DNA of 64,000 bases, from assembly GCA_043228905.1 (NCBI GenBank), contig JBHGNT010000017.1, positions 7,502,001-7,566,000 on the forward strand, read 5' to 3'. The notes beneath the pieces are model-generated. The model worked only from the letters and a program-made list of their open reading frames with translations, had not been told where the DNA came from and did not search any database. Shown here in pieces: positions 50,901 through 62,598 of the stretch. The DNA is from Azolla caroliniana (taxonomy: Eukaryota; Plantae; Polypodiophyta). How positions within the stretch are numbered: the stretch's first letter is position 1; every line of letters begins with the position of its first letter. A program made the translations under genes and the position numbers.

Positions 50901-51574
50901 AAGTTGAAAATTTCACCATATTGAAAAATGCCAAATTTTGGTCAAATATGGAAAGTAACTTTGTGCATTTTAAAGGAAAAATGACAACTAATAAGTTTTC
51001 AAAACAATAAACTCTTTTCAATATCATTTGATAAAATGTTGTCTAAATCTATTACACATCGTTGCTCAAAATATACATTCAAGACTTATTTGCATCACTA
51101 TGATCACGACCAACTTTTGTGAGTGTAAAGTCATACACAATGATATCCATCTCACTAATGTGAACAATAGATATTATTACAAAGCTTTAATGCATCACCA
51201 CGTCCAAAGCTTTACCAATCCAGAATTGATGCCCTAGGTCATGGCCATCTACATGTGTAGCTATTAATATCCCCACCTTGAGTTCTTGCAAGTTTCTTTG
51301 TCACCAAAGTTATGCTTTTATTGTCATCCTTGGCTCCACATAAATGTTTCTCTGTTGTGGATGGACCAAACTATGAAGATCAACATTAAGTGCTTGAAGC
51401 GGTGATTGAGAACCAAGAGAATATTGTATAGACCATATGTAAACGGTATTTGCAAGGTCCAATTACCATTGACACAATTATTAATGATTTTTTGTTGATT
51501 AATGAAAAACATGTCCACCATAAGGTATCTTGTTGTGCAACATACTTCTTTCCATTATTGATATGCTTCTTTTT

Positions 51575-52844
51575 CTCTTGTAAAAATATAGATTTTAGTA
51601 CAATTCGAGTTCATGTTTAAAAAAGTTTTTTTATTTGGAAAAAAAAGAACATTTTTAAACATGAACCCAATACATTGTATCAAGTTGATGTAAAAATTAG
51701 AGTTTTCATCACAATTCGATACAATGTATCGAATTCATGTTGAGAGTTTCTTTTTTTTTGGAAATAAAACTTTGAACTCAAGTTGATGTAAAAAATAGAT
51801 TTTTCATTACAACTCGATATAATATATCGAATTCATGTTTAAAGTCTTCTTCTTCTTTTTATTTTTTATTTATTTGTTACTCCATGGAATCAGGGGCGGA
51901 TGGACTATGAGATCGAAAATCATTAACGCTCTAATGATTAGGGAATCTGCTACTCAAAGGACAACAATGGAGAAATGGATAGGCCACGAGGAGGAGGGAT
52001 CTCTGTCGGTGGGAGCATGGCAACGTGGGAACCTTAGCTCTCCTTATTGTGTAGAGTGCCCACATGCAGTAGAATCAATACGGCACGCTCTATGGGACTG
52101 CCCAACGTCCCATCGAATATGGCGGGGGGTTGGCCACTTGTTGCAATTATGCCAGATGCAAGGCTCAATCAAGTGGGGAAATATATGTTGGCTATCATGG
52201 CAGGCCGCAATTGGCAGATACGAGCATCAAGAGGAGGGGATGACTTTGGTGATAAAAGCACAAGAGGTCTTTTTCTCCTGTAGCGGCAATGTCCACTCCA
52301 CTCTTCTTAATATGACAAATCTCAAGAGGTGTTCGAATTGGCTAGCCCAATAACTCTTTGGATTCTATGAAAACAACAATGTAGGTGAGTCTTCTCCAAC
52401 CAAACCGCACATCCAACAAGGTTACTGCAAGAGATATGGAGTGAAATTGTAGCCACTCTTAAGAGCTAACATGATGGCCTTAAGGGCGACTTCGAAGGAG
52501 TTGAAAGACAATGAATAGACTTCATCCAACAATGGTCGTCCTCTCCCTTTCTTGAGTCAGTGGGCATCCACATAAGATGGACCTATCGCGTCCCTTCATG
52601 GATTTGTACATAAATCATCTCATTTGTAAAATTTTATAACTAATGGAAGGAGTTTGTTTTTGGGAAAAAAAAAAACTTTAAACATGAATTCGATACATTG
52701 TATCAAATTGTGATGAAATCTCTGGTTTTAACATCAACTCCGGTTCAAAGATCCCCCCCCCTCCCCCCCAAAGAAAAAAAACTATGAACATGAATTCGAT
52801 ATATTGTATTGAGTTGATGCAAAAAACAGAGTTTTCACCACAAC
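51575..52844. repeat. Array of alternating inverted AT-rich repeats (AACATGAATTCGATACATTGTATC..) split by a LINE fragment
   Basis: Units at 51575-51845 and 52675-52844. Confidence 0.65.
51880..52674 (+). mobile_element. L1-like LINE 3' fragment with zf-RVT motif and poly(A)
   Basis: CVECPHAVESIRHALWDCP..IW motif; A-run ending near 52674. Confidence 0.8.
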
Positions 52845-54997
52845 TGAGTCTCACTCACTCAATGGAAGAAAATAGAAAACAGAAAATAAGACGACACAAG
52901 AGTATTAACGTGGAAAACCTGAAGAGGCAAAACCATGGGAGTTCTCGGAACTCCGAACAAGATCACTATAGAGGAGAGGTACAACAATGTCACACTCAGA
53001 GGCAACGACCTCGAGCTCTACCTTCGCCAGAAAAGCTTTTTGTATCTCTCTCTCTCTCTCTCTCTGTACAATGATAAGTACAATGATGATCACAAAAAAA
53101 ACCATACAAACATTGTTGCCCTAGTTATATTTATACTTATATACTTTAGGACGATTTACAAATATGACCTGAAATGATCATGTTTGAACATATTTACTAA
53201 TATGTTCGTCCATGTTTGTTCATATTGGATCCGACTAGACTCCTTCCGGATCCATCCGATCCGGTATCTAAATACCTTCCGAATCCATCAGATCTGGTTC
53301 TCATCCAAAGGGACCTGTTTCCCAACAAACTCCCCCTTCACTCCGGCATGGGATGTCTTGTCAATCCGATCCGTTTTTTGTACTCGTCTACCTTGTCGGT
53401 TGACAGTACCTTGCTCATCATATTCGATTCGTTTTCTTCCGTGTGGATCTTTACCAGTGTGAAGTCTTTCTCTTCTACTCTCTCCCGGAGCTAGTGGTAT
53501 CTATGCTGGATCTGCTTCTTCCTAGAGTGGTATGTCACATTCTTTGCAAGGTGGCTGACACTTTGATTATCGCAGTGGAGCCAGTATTCCTCCTGTCGGA
53601 TCCCCAACTCTCCGATGAAGTCCTTCATCCAAACTATCTCCTTGTCAGCTTCCGGGCTGCCATGTACTCCGCTTCCGTTGTCGACAGTGCAATGGATTTC
53701 TGTAGTCTGATTGCGACGATACGATTCCCTTTGCATATATCATAACATATCCGGATGTGGACCGACTGGTATCTACATCAATCGACATGTCTGAATCCGT
53801 AAAGCCTTCGAATAGGGGTTTACCGAGCTGAATCGGAGGCATATGTTCGAGGTGCCTTTCAAGTATCGGAGTATCCACTTGACCGCAGTCCAATGTTCTG
53901 TTCTCGGATTGCTCATGAACTGGCTGACCACCCTGACTACATATTCGATATCAGGTTGGGTACACACCATTGCATACATCAAGCTTCTAAAGACAGAGTC
54001 GTATGGTATCTTCATCATCTCCGACTTCTCTATCTTGGTATTTGGGCTTTCCTTCCCGAAAAGCTTGTAATTTGCCGGAAGTGTCGACCTGACCAACTTG
54101 GCATCCATCATGTTGAACCTTTGAAGCACCTTTGTCACATACTTCTCTTGTGACAGCCACAATTGCTTCTTCTTACGGTCCTGGACTACGTGCATCCCCA
54201 ATATCTGTCTCGCTGGGCCCAAGTCTTTCATTGAGAAGGTTTAGTTTAGGGCCTTCTTCAGATTCCCGATTTTGATTCGGTTCGATCTGACGATCAACAT
54301 TAACAAGAGTATTAGGAAGTTGCCTCCATCGAAATTCTTCATGAACACATAGTGATCGGCCAACGTCTTGTGGTAGGTATCCTTAGTCGGTTATGAAGGA
54401 GTTGAACTTCCGGTACCATTGTCAGGGAACTTGTTTCAATTTGTATAAACTCTTATTAAACCGGCACAGTAGGTGCTCCTTCCCTTTCTTGACAAACCCT
54501 TCCAGCTGTTGCATGTAGATCTCTTCTTTGAGGTCACCGTTCAGGAACGTTGTCTTGACGTCTAGTTGTTCAACCTCGAGGTCTATGCTTGCCACAATGC
54601 TCAACCCTGTCCGGATGGCCGTCATCTTGACTACTGGGGCAAAGATTTCGTCAAAGTCCACTTCTTTCTTCTGTTGAAAGCCCTTCACCACGATGTGAGC
54701 TTTGTACCTCGATGGATTTCCGGCGTCTCCCGGTTTTAGCTTGTACACCCACTTATTCTAGAGCGCCCTCTTTCCTTTCGGTAGCTCCGTCAATTCATAG
54801 GTGTGGTTCTCCTGCAGGGAATCCATCTCGTCCTGCATGGTAGTTAACCACTTGCAGTTGTGGGTGTCTTTCTTTGCTTCTTTGAAGCTTTCCGGCTCCC
54901 CCTCATCGGTTAGTAAAACGTGCTTTGCGTCCGGAAATCTCCAGGGGGTCCTTTTCTTTCTTAGAGGATATCTCCGTCCTTTGTTTTCAACCACCGG

Positions 54998-56002
54998 TGT
55001 CGTGTGGTTTTTCACACACGATATGAAAACTAGTAAAATAAGTATCTTCAAGATATGGGAAGATAGATATCTTCAAGAGCTTCATAATGCATTTTTCTAC
55101 GCATGGAACGGATAAAGAAGTAGCAAGTTATGTGTGTGTGAAGTTTGAGAAGAAGAGATGGAGCCGGCAATCGGCAATCGGCAACCGGACGGCAATAGAA
55201 CGAAAACCGGACACGGACCGGACGAATCAAATGGGCAACAGTCGAGATGGACGGATGATAGGATCATGCGGCGAATTAAAGTAAAGCAAAGTAAAGTAAA
55301 AGTAAAGGCGAAGCAACTAAAAAAGGAGGCCATGCAACTAAAAATAAAGGCCAAGCAACTAAACGGGGACGCATGCAAAGGATCATGGGAGGCTATGATC
55401 AATGGAGAACTCCATATATATTCATATATATTCCATATTTTTTTGGTCACTTGGGCCGCTCTCCATTATTTTTCTTTTCCTTCTTGGTTCCCTTATCTCA
55501 TGGAGCCATAACACTCTTAAACACTAATTTTCCTTACGGAAGCTATCTCTCACAGAAACCCTAATTTCCTTACGGAAGCTAACTCTCGTATAACCTAATT
55601 CTAATTTTCCCTACGAAAGCCATAAGACTCAAAAAACCCTAATTTTCCCTACGGAAACAATAACACTCAAAAACCCTAATTTTCCCTACGGAAGCCATAT
55701 CTCTCATAAACCCTAATTTCCCTATGGAAGCCATAAGACTCAAAAACCTTAATTTTCCCTACGGAAGCCATATCTCTCAAAACCCCTAATTTTTCTTTTC
55801 TATTAATCTCAGTAAACCTAAAACTTCTGAATCCCAATCTTGGGACATATTGTAATTTCTTTTCCTTTGCTAATGAAAAATTACTAAATTTTCTCCTTTC
55901 TATTAATTGTTAAAAGTATAAACACACGAATGTGATGTCCTCTAGTCGGAGGCCCCGAGGTCCTGCCTAAAGTTCACGTATCCCTGTCGTATTTTCGCAA
56001 CA
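54998..56002 (+). mobile_element. Solo LTR (Trp-PBS group) with an internal tandem array
   Basis: TGTCG..CAACA termini with 4-bp TSD CCGG (54994-54997 and 56003-56006). Removing it restores the host frame EEPVVENKGRRYP. Confidence 0.88.
55502..55795. repeat. About 8 copies of a ~37-bp unit containing AAACCCTAA
   Basis: Consensus GAAGCCATA.(a/t)CTCA.AAACCCTAATTTTCCCTACG. Confidence 0.9.
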
Positions 56003-56821
56003 CCGGCTCCTCCGTTTGTTCTTCATCCTAATCTGATTTGGGGTCTTGTCCGGTTCTGGTGTCTGATTCTTCTTCTTCGATCGATTCGGTTCTTTGTCCG
56101 AATTTGGCTGGTTCATCATGGTCTTCGGCTGACATCCGGCTTCCGACCGGATGCGTTGTCGCGAAGTTTCGCGAGTACGTGTAGATCCTAGGCGGGACCA
56201 CGGGGGTCTTGGACTAGGGAGAAGAGGAGAAGTTTAAGACAACGAATGGAAGATTAGCTCAAGAGCAGAAGAGAACGAATATGACATTATGATAGAAGAA
56301 GAAGAAGAAGATGCAATCAAGATACTCAACAAGAAGTTCTATTAAGAAATGAATGATTACAATAATCGTGGCCGCATAGGCCGCACCTCTTCCCACGATA
56401 TATGAAAACGTAAGAGAATTAGTAGGAAGAAGAAGAAATAAGAAAACCCTAAGCGAACCCTAACCCTAAAACGAAATGGGAAGAAGGAGGACCCTAGACT
56501 AAGTGGTATACCTCACTCACACTCAAAATTAGGCAACCCCTTCAAATGTGACCCCTCACTCCCCTGTATAGATGTAAGGGGTGAGGCCCAATACAAGATG
56601 AGTGGTCAAATTCCCCCCTTCTCCTTTTCAAAGGAGAATATTTGATCTCGATCTTGAGACCGTCAACCATAACTCTCACTCACCTAGCCGTCCTATTCAA
56701 TGCCCATCACTCATACACTCTTGTTCCTTATGTACCTCTCCCTAGTCTACAAGTGCACATCACATTTACTCTCCACGAATTCCGTGGTGCCCCTTTGGCA
56801 CCTTAGATTATTACCCTTCCC

Positions 56822-59269
56822 TTACATTTTGGCTATCTTATTCTTATTACACAAATATACAAGTGCATGTGCACATGTTGCACACCACCGATTTGCCCTT
56901 TCTATCCCGGTTTCACATCGTGGCTGGAAATCTTCACGACATCCACCCCCACCAAACCGCACATCCACCGGTATGTGCCAAGAGGGAAAATGTGAGAGAT
57001 TCTGGCGACGGTGATCAACCGGGTCCTCTGTCGTCTCGGCATCCGTCCGCCTTGCCGGCTCCTTACCGGCCCGATCCGTCAGCTCCATCCGATCCACCAC
57101 GCCCACTGCGTCTCCTTGAACCACCAACTCCATCTGATCCCACCATATCCGATGTACGTCCCCGACCTGTTGGCTCCACCCGATCCGCCATATCCATCGT
57201 TCGTGCTTTCCTCCCCGTTCGGTCCTCCCGAACATCATTGCCAACCCGGTCTCCCTTCCTTTGTCCACCACGCATCTCCTCCGGATGTGCTCCCGATCTC
57301 TCCGATCGCACGCCGGATTCCGCCCTTTGCGTGCCACGTATTTTCCTCCTTTGGTTTTATCGTCTCCGCATGCCAAACACCTCGACGTGTCGACTCTTGC
57401 CGCTTCGCACTTGCCTTCCGTAGGCTCTTCCCGTGCGCCGATGTTGTCCCCCGAATATGCGCTCATTCTTTGGTCCTTAGGCGACCCCATTCCGCGCTCC
57501 TTGCCTCTCCTTTGCCTATCGTGCTCTCTCGCCGTAGAGCATACTGTCATCCCGACCTCCGTGTCGGTGTCCCTCGAGGCTCTCGTTACCGCTTCGCCTC
57601 GACTTGCGCCCTCTTGGCCCGCTTGGCCTTGCATGCCCTCCGGGAAGCCGCGCTTCCTCTTCCCGGCGCGTAACCCGTTGCTCTCCGCGCACCTTCTTCG
57701 GTTCTCAAGACATAGCCTTCCGTGCTCACCGATCATCCGCCAATACCGGAACCCCACCACTCTATCTCTCGCCGCGTGCTTGCCTCTCAAAGGCTCGACC
57801 GGTCTGCTATTTCCAGTCACTCGTTGTAGCTCTCTCGAATGCATGCTCGTTCTTGGACCCTTCACCGACCGTAATGCATGCTTCGTGTTACGCCCTTCAT
57901 CCGCCGTAGACCCGACCTCCACGTCGGCCACTTCTTCCTTTGTCACCGTAGCCCGTTCCGACTCGGGCTCGCCATCTTGGACCCGCTCGTCCATCATCTC
58001 ATACCGGATACCCGTTCCAATAACTTTTTCCGCTTCGACCTCCGACTCCTCGCCGCCACCCGCCGTCTCTCCGGTCTCACGTTGATCCGCAACCGCCAAA
58101 GTCTCTAGAATGGGTGTGGAAGGTCCCTCTCGCTCTCGGTCTTCTAGCAAGCCGTGATCACCGTGCCCGCTAGGCCTCCTCAATATGCTCACCGGCTCTC
58201 GTCGCGTGTTGTGACCCGTCCTCCCCGATCTCCAATCGGACCGGCATAGCCTTCGCCCGGATCGGTCTCGACCAATCGTGATCCGGTTCGGGCTTCTCTC
58301 TTTCACAATTGTCACCGGCCGAACGATCCCGACCTTGCCGACTTTTCTTCGGTTTGGGCCCGGTTCGCCGGCCCTCGCTCCATTCTTCTTTCGCGCCGTC
58401 TTCTGGTCGTGCTGGTTCCCAACTCTCCCCTTTCCACTCCCGACCTCTCCGTCGGTCCTCTTGTATATGCCCGTTCCGGGCCTCGCATCCTCATCTTCGT
58501 ACATACTCGCTCCAGGCCACGCCTCCTCATGGCCACCGCCCATCTCTCCGGTCTCACGTTGGCACTTGGGCACAACCGCTGAAGTCTCCAGCCCCAGTGT
58601 CGAGGGTTCTTGCCTCCGTCCGCTCCAATCTTCCTCATCATCATTTTGGTCAACCACCTTGCCGCCGCCGCCGCCCGTCGCTCTAGGCCACACGCCGACA
58701 CTCGGGCCGACCACCGGAGCCTCTAGGACTGGTGTGGGTAATTTCCCAGCACCTCCGCTTGTCATTGTTGTAGCCGTCTTTTTCCGGACGTCGTTGTCCG
58801 CGGCTTCCCCATCTCCGATTCCGCAAGCCTCGATTATGTTTGCCACCCCTTCTTCCTCGCTTTCCTTGCCATTGTCTTGGTTGCCCTCCTTGTCGCCGCC
58901 ACTGCCCGTCGCTCTAGGTCTCACGCCGGCACTCGGGCCGACCGCCGGAGCCTCTAGGACCGGTGTGGGTAAGGACTCGGCACCGCCACTCATTTCATTC
59001 GTAGCCACCTCCATTCGGTCATCGTCGTCCGTGGCTACCCCGTCTTCATTTACGCTTGCCGCCACCTCTTCCTCGTCGTTCTCGCCGTCGTGGTTGCCCA
59101 CCTTGCCGCCGCCACCGCCCGTCGCTCTAGGTCTCATGTCGGCACTCGGGCTGGCCGCCGGAGCCTCTAGGACTGGTGTGGGTAATGTCCCGGCACCGCC
59201 GCTCATTGTGTCCGTAGCCGCCTCCGTTCGGACGTCGTTGACCGTGGCCAACCACCTCCGTTTATGCAA
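56822..59269 (-). CDS. 815-aa low-complexity repeat ORF downstream of gag, function unknown
   Basis: Open frame with three LPTPVLEAP..GPS..PRATG.GG repeats, running into the 3' LTR. Expression is unproven. Confidence 0.35.
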   Translation of the reverse strand: MHKRRWLATVNDVRTEAATDTMSGGAGTLPTPVLEAPAASPSADMRPRATGGGGGKVGNHDGENDEEEVAASVNEDGVATDDDDRMEVATNEMSGGAESLPTPVLEAPAVGPSAGVRPRATGSGGDKEGNQDNGKESEEEGVANIIEACGIGDGEAADNDVRKKTATTMTSGGAGKLPTPVLEAPVVGPSVGVWPRATGGGGGKVVDQNDDEEDWSGRRQEPSTLGLETSAVVPKCQRETGEMGGGHEEAWPGASMYEDEDARPGTGIYKRTDGEVGSGKGRVGNQHDQKTARKKNGARAGEPGPNRRKVGKVGIVRPVTIVKERSPNRITIGRDRSGRRLCRSDWRSGRTGHNTRREPVSILRRPSGHGDHGLLEDREREGPSTPILETLAVADQRETGETAGGGEESEVEAEKVIGTGIRYEMMDERVQDGEPESERATVTKEEVADVEVGSTADEGRNTKHALRSVKGPRTSMHSRELQRVTGNSRPVEPLRGKHAARDRVVGFRYWRMIGEHGRLCLENRRRCAESNGLRAGKRKRGFPEGMQGQAGQEGASRGEAVTRASRDTDTEVGMTVCSTAREHDRQRRGKERGMGSPKDQRMSAYSGDNIGAREEPTEGKCEAARVDTSRCLACGDDKTKGGKYVARKGRNPACDRRDREHIRRRCVVDKGRETGLAMMFGRTERGGKHERWIWRIGWSQQVGDVHRIWWDQMELVVQGDAVGVVDRMELTDRAGKEPARRTDAETTEDPVDHRRQNLSHFPSWHIPVDVRFGGGGCREDFQPRCETGIERANRWCATCAHALVYLCNKNKIAKM

Positions 59270-60105
59270 GCCTCAATTATGCTTGCCGCCTCCCCTTCGT
59301 CGTCGTTTCGGCCACCCACCTTCTCGCTTAATGTTTTGGGCCATCGTGCCCCGAATCCTCCACCCACTCTCGAAGTGGCGCTTCCCGCTCCGTAGTCATT
59401 GGCCTCATCCATGGTTGTCCATTCGCCACAAGACGAGAGGGTCACTCGCTCCACACCCTCTCCCATGTCGCCGTTGCACGCTCTTTCGTCCTCCGCATAG
59501 GCCCTGTCCTCCACGTGTAGGGAGGCTTCTTCCTCCGCATCCTTCGATCCGCTTGGGCCCAACTCCGTAATAAGCCCTTCCTCGGCTTCGAACTTCACCT
59601 TCACGCTCTCGCACGCCTCCCATACCAACGCCTCGAAGTCGTACTCCTCCGGTTGATCGCACGTCAAGCTCTTTTCCGGCGGTGGTGTGTAGCCGCCCAC
59701 CACCCTCTCCTTTCCGTCGCTCGTGGGCCAAGTCGTTGCCGACCACTCCCTATCATATAGCCGGCATACCCACTTTGGTTTCGCGTATCCGTATGCCTTC
59801 ATCAGAGCTCCCTAGAAGGACTCCCATAACTCGTGAGCTTCTTGAAGCTCCTTGACCTCTTTATGCACCGATACGGCCGCCACTCGATGAAAATACTCTA
59901 GCCGCATCGCTTCGTCCACGCCCCACTCCGTCATCTCGGCATCGTACGCTTCCAAGAACCTCGGGACATCGTCCCCGTTGAATTGGCCGACTCGATCGAC
60001 CACCCTCTCGACGGCTTGCTGAGCCGCATCTCGCCTCGCCTTTTTCCATCGCGCATCCATTACGATCTTTGCCATCATCTCCTCGAAGTCGAAGTCTTCT
60101 TCCAT
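59203..60105 (-). pseudogene. gag-like ORF of copy 2 with an in-frame stop at 59812
   Basis: GQFNGDDVPRFLEAYDAEM..WESF is homologous to EQFNGKNASHYLCEYKAEM..WVSF in copy 1. Confidence 0.65.
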
Positions 60106-61570
60106 CTCCGTCCTCCCTTGCCGCCTCTTCACGCCGGGTTCACCAAAGATGTCGCGAAGTTTCGCGAGTACGTGTAGATCCTAGGCGGGACCACGGGGGT
60201 CTTGGACTAGGGAGAAGAGGAGAAAGGTTAAGACAACGAATGGAAGATTAGCTCAAGAGAAGAGAACGAATATGACATTATGATAGAAGAAGAAGAAGAA
60301 GATGCAATCAAGATACTCAACAAGAAGTTCTATTAAGAAATGAATGATTACAATAATCGTGGCCGCATAGGCCGCACCCCTTCCCACGATATATGAAAAT
60401 GTAAGAGAATTAGTAGGAAGAAGAAGAAATACGAAAACCCTAAGCGAACCCTAACCCTAAAACGAAATGGGAAGAAGGAGGACCCTAGACTAAGTGGTAT
60501 ACCTCACTCACACTCAAAATTAGGCAACCCCTTCAAATGTGACCCCTCACTCCCCTTTATAGATGTAAGGGGTGAGGCCCAATACAAGATGAGTGATCAA
60601 ATTCCCCCCTTCTCCTTTTCAAAGGAGAATATTTGATCTCGATCTTGAGACCGTCAACCATAACTCTCACTCACCTAGCCGTCCTATTCAATGCCCATCA
60701 CTCCTACACTCTTGTTCCTTATGTACCTCTCCCTAGTCTACAAGTGCACATCACATTTACTCTCCACGAATTCCGTGGTGCCCCTTTGGCACCTTAGATT
60801 ATTACCCTTCCCTTACATTTTGGCTATCTTATTCTTATTACACAAATATACAAGTGCATGTGCACATGTTGCACACCACCGATTTGCCCTTTCTATCCCG
60901 GTTTCACACCGTGGCCGGAAATCTTCACAACAGCGTCCTAATATCTTCCAACTGATTTCTCTCGGTCGACCCGGAGTCCACTATCTTCTTCTACAATTCC
61001 CAATTGGCGATGGTCTTATCTTCCATGAAGATTGTCTCTCAACTCCGGAAAACCTTCTTGTCAACCAAGTCCCACACTTGGTAGTCAAACTCATCATCGC
61101 CGTATCCAACGAATATACATGGTTAGGGCTTCGGATCCAATTTTTCTCTCTTGTCCTTTGCAACATGCACATAGGCAAGACAGTCGAACACCTGTAGATG
61201 CCGGTAAGACACGTCTTTATTGGTCCATACTCTCTCTGGTGTGTCTCCGTCGAAGGGCGCTTAAGGTGATATGTTTATGACATAGGTCGTCATCATCAGC
61301 ACCTCAGCCCAAAAGTCTTGGACAACCTAGCATGTGTAAGCATGCTTTGGACTCTCTTCATCACAGTCTAGTTCATCCTTTCGTCCAATCATTGAGCTCC
61401 ACCGTCTTCAGCATGGTGAATTTGAGCCAGATTCCTATCGACCAACAGTACTCCTCGAACTACCCCCAGTATTCGCCTTCGCTGTCCACTCGAACCGTCT
61501 TCAGCTTCGGACCGGTTTCCCTTTCCACTCTCACGTGGTATTCCTTGAAGATAGATAGTACCTGGTCCAG

Positions 61571-62598
61571 CTCGATAATCTCAACAACATCCAGCTCGCA
61601 AAGAATCCAATGTTTCACGTCCTGACTAAGCACATCGAGGTGCACTATCATTACATCCATGAGCGCATATTGGTCGACGACATTGACCTCCAATACGTTG
61701 GCACCAACGTGCAAGTGGTTGATATTTTCACTAAGGTGCTAGGGCTCGACAAGCTACGACAATTCTCAGTGAATCTAGGACTTAGACCACGCGATTTGAT
61801 GAGCTTGGGGGAGAGTACAAGTACAAAGATGAAGGAAAACATGGAGAATCAACACCATACAAGAGGAAGAGTGAGACTGGCATCGGCAAAGTAAGGCCAA
61901 CACATCTAATCCGAGTTGACCCGACAAGTTAGAGGAAGACTTTCCAAAGCCCGGAATTTTTGAAGTTAGAGATAAACCCAACCCTGTTGACACCCTTGAC
62001 AAGCTCGAAATTTTAGATCAGCTAGATCGACATTGCTACATCAAGATCGAGTATATAGGAACAATGGGAAAACCACGGTCTAGTAGTTCGACCAACTTCA
62101 GTCGGGTCTTCAACTACACCAAGACAACCAAGCTTAAGAGGACACACAATTGTCCTTGAGGGGGCATGTTGAGAATCAAGCTCAACTTGTGTGAACATGT
62201 GCTTATGAAGAAAAGGACGATGTGTGAAAAAGTGTGCCGGCACACTTTATTGTAATCCGTGTAGTTGTTGAGAGTTAATGTGGTGAAAGAATATTTGATA
62301 TTCTTATGACAAAATCGTACTCAAGTTGATGTCTTGGTTAGATTCCACCAACACATTTAATATGGCAGTCCCTTGAGGACTTATATGTAAACCCCCTTTG
62401 CCCATTCTATTTTGTTGATGATCTTTAGTTAATTAATATAGCCCTCTTCAGTGCCTAAGTTGTCATCCCCCTACTGTGTATTTTCTTATTCTTTTCTAGT
62501 TATTCTCTCTGATTTGCTTCTCTTGCTTATACACCCACTCTCTCTCTCTCTCACTATGCTTCTGAATACTCAACTCTATTAGAGTTAGACTCTTTACA
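61571..62598 (+). mobile_element. Copia 3' end: RNase H remnant, PPT and 3' LTR (62167-62598)
   Basis: KNPMFH..TKHIEVHYHYI..DIFTK, then CTTGAGGGGGCA and TGTTGAGAATCAAGCTCAAC, similar to the 13157 LTR start. Confidence 0.82.

Larger units (their letters stand above)
56157..60932 (-). mobile_element. Non-autonomous gypsy-like LTR element (Trp-PBS group, copy 2)
   Basis: LTRs 56157-56941 and 60150-60932, TSD GCGT (56153-56156 and 60933-60936), tRNA-Trp PBS 60128-60145, PPT 56942-56953, gag-like ORFs and no pol. Confidence 0.92.
52845..61570 (-). mobile_element. 5'-truncated decayed copia with two nested Trp-PBS-group insertions
   Basis: 3' LTR at about 52845-53327, PPT, RT/RH remnants 53340-54997, linker 56003-56156, integrase 60933-61570. 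Confidence 0.88.

Noticed and set aside
55502-55795. CRISPR-like regular 37-bp repeats
   Set aside because: The units are head-to-tail with no unique spacers, lie inside an LTR, and no cas genes are present.
58278-59570. 430-aa Pro/Ser-rich antisense ORF
   Set aside because: Mirror of the GC-rich repeat region with no independent support.
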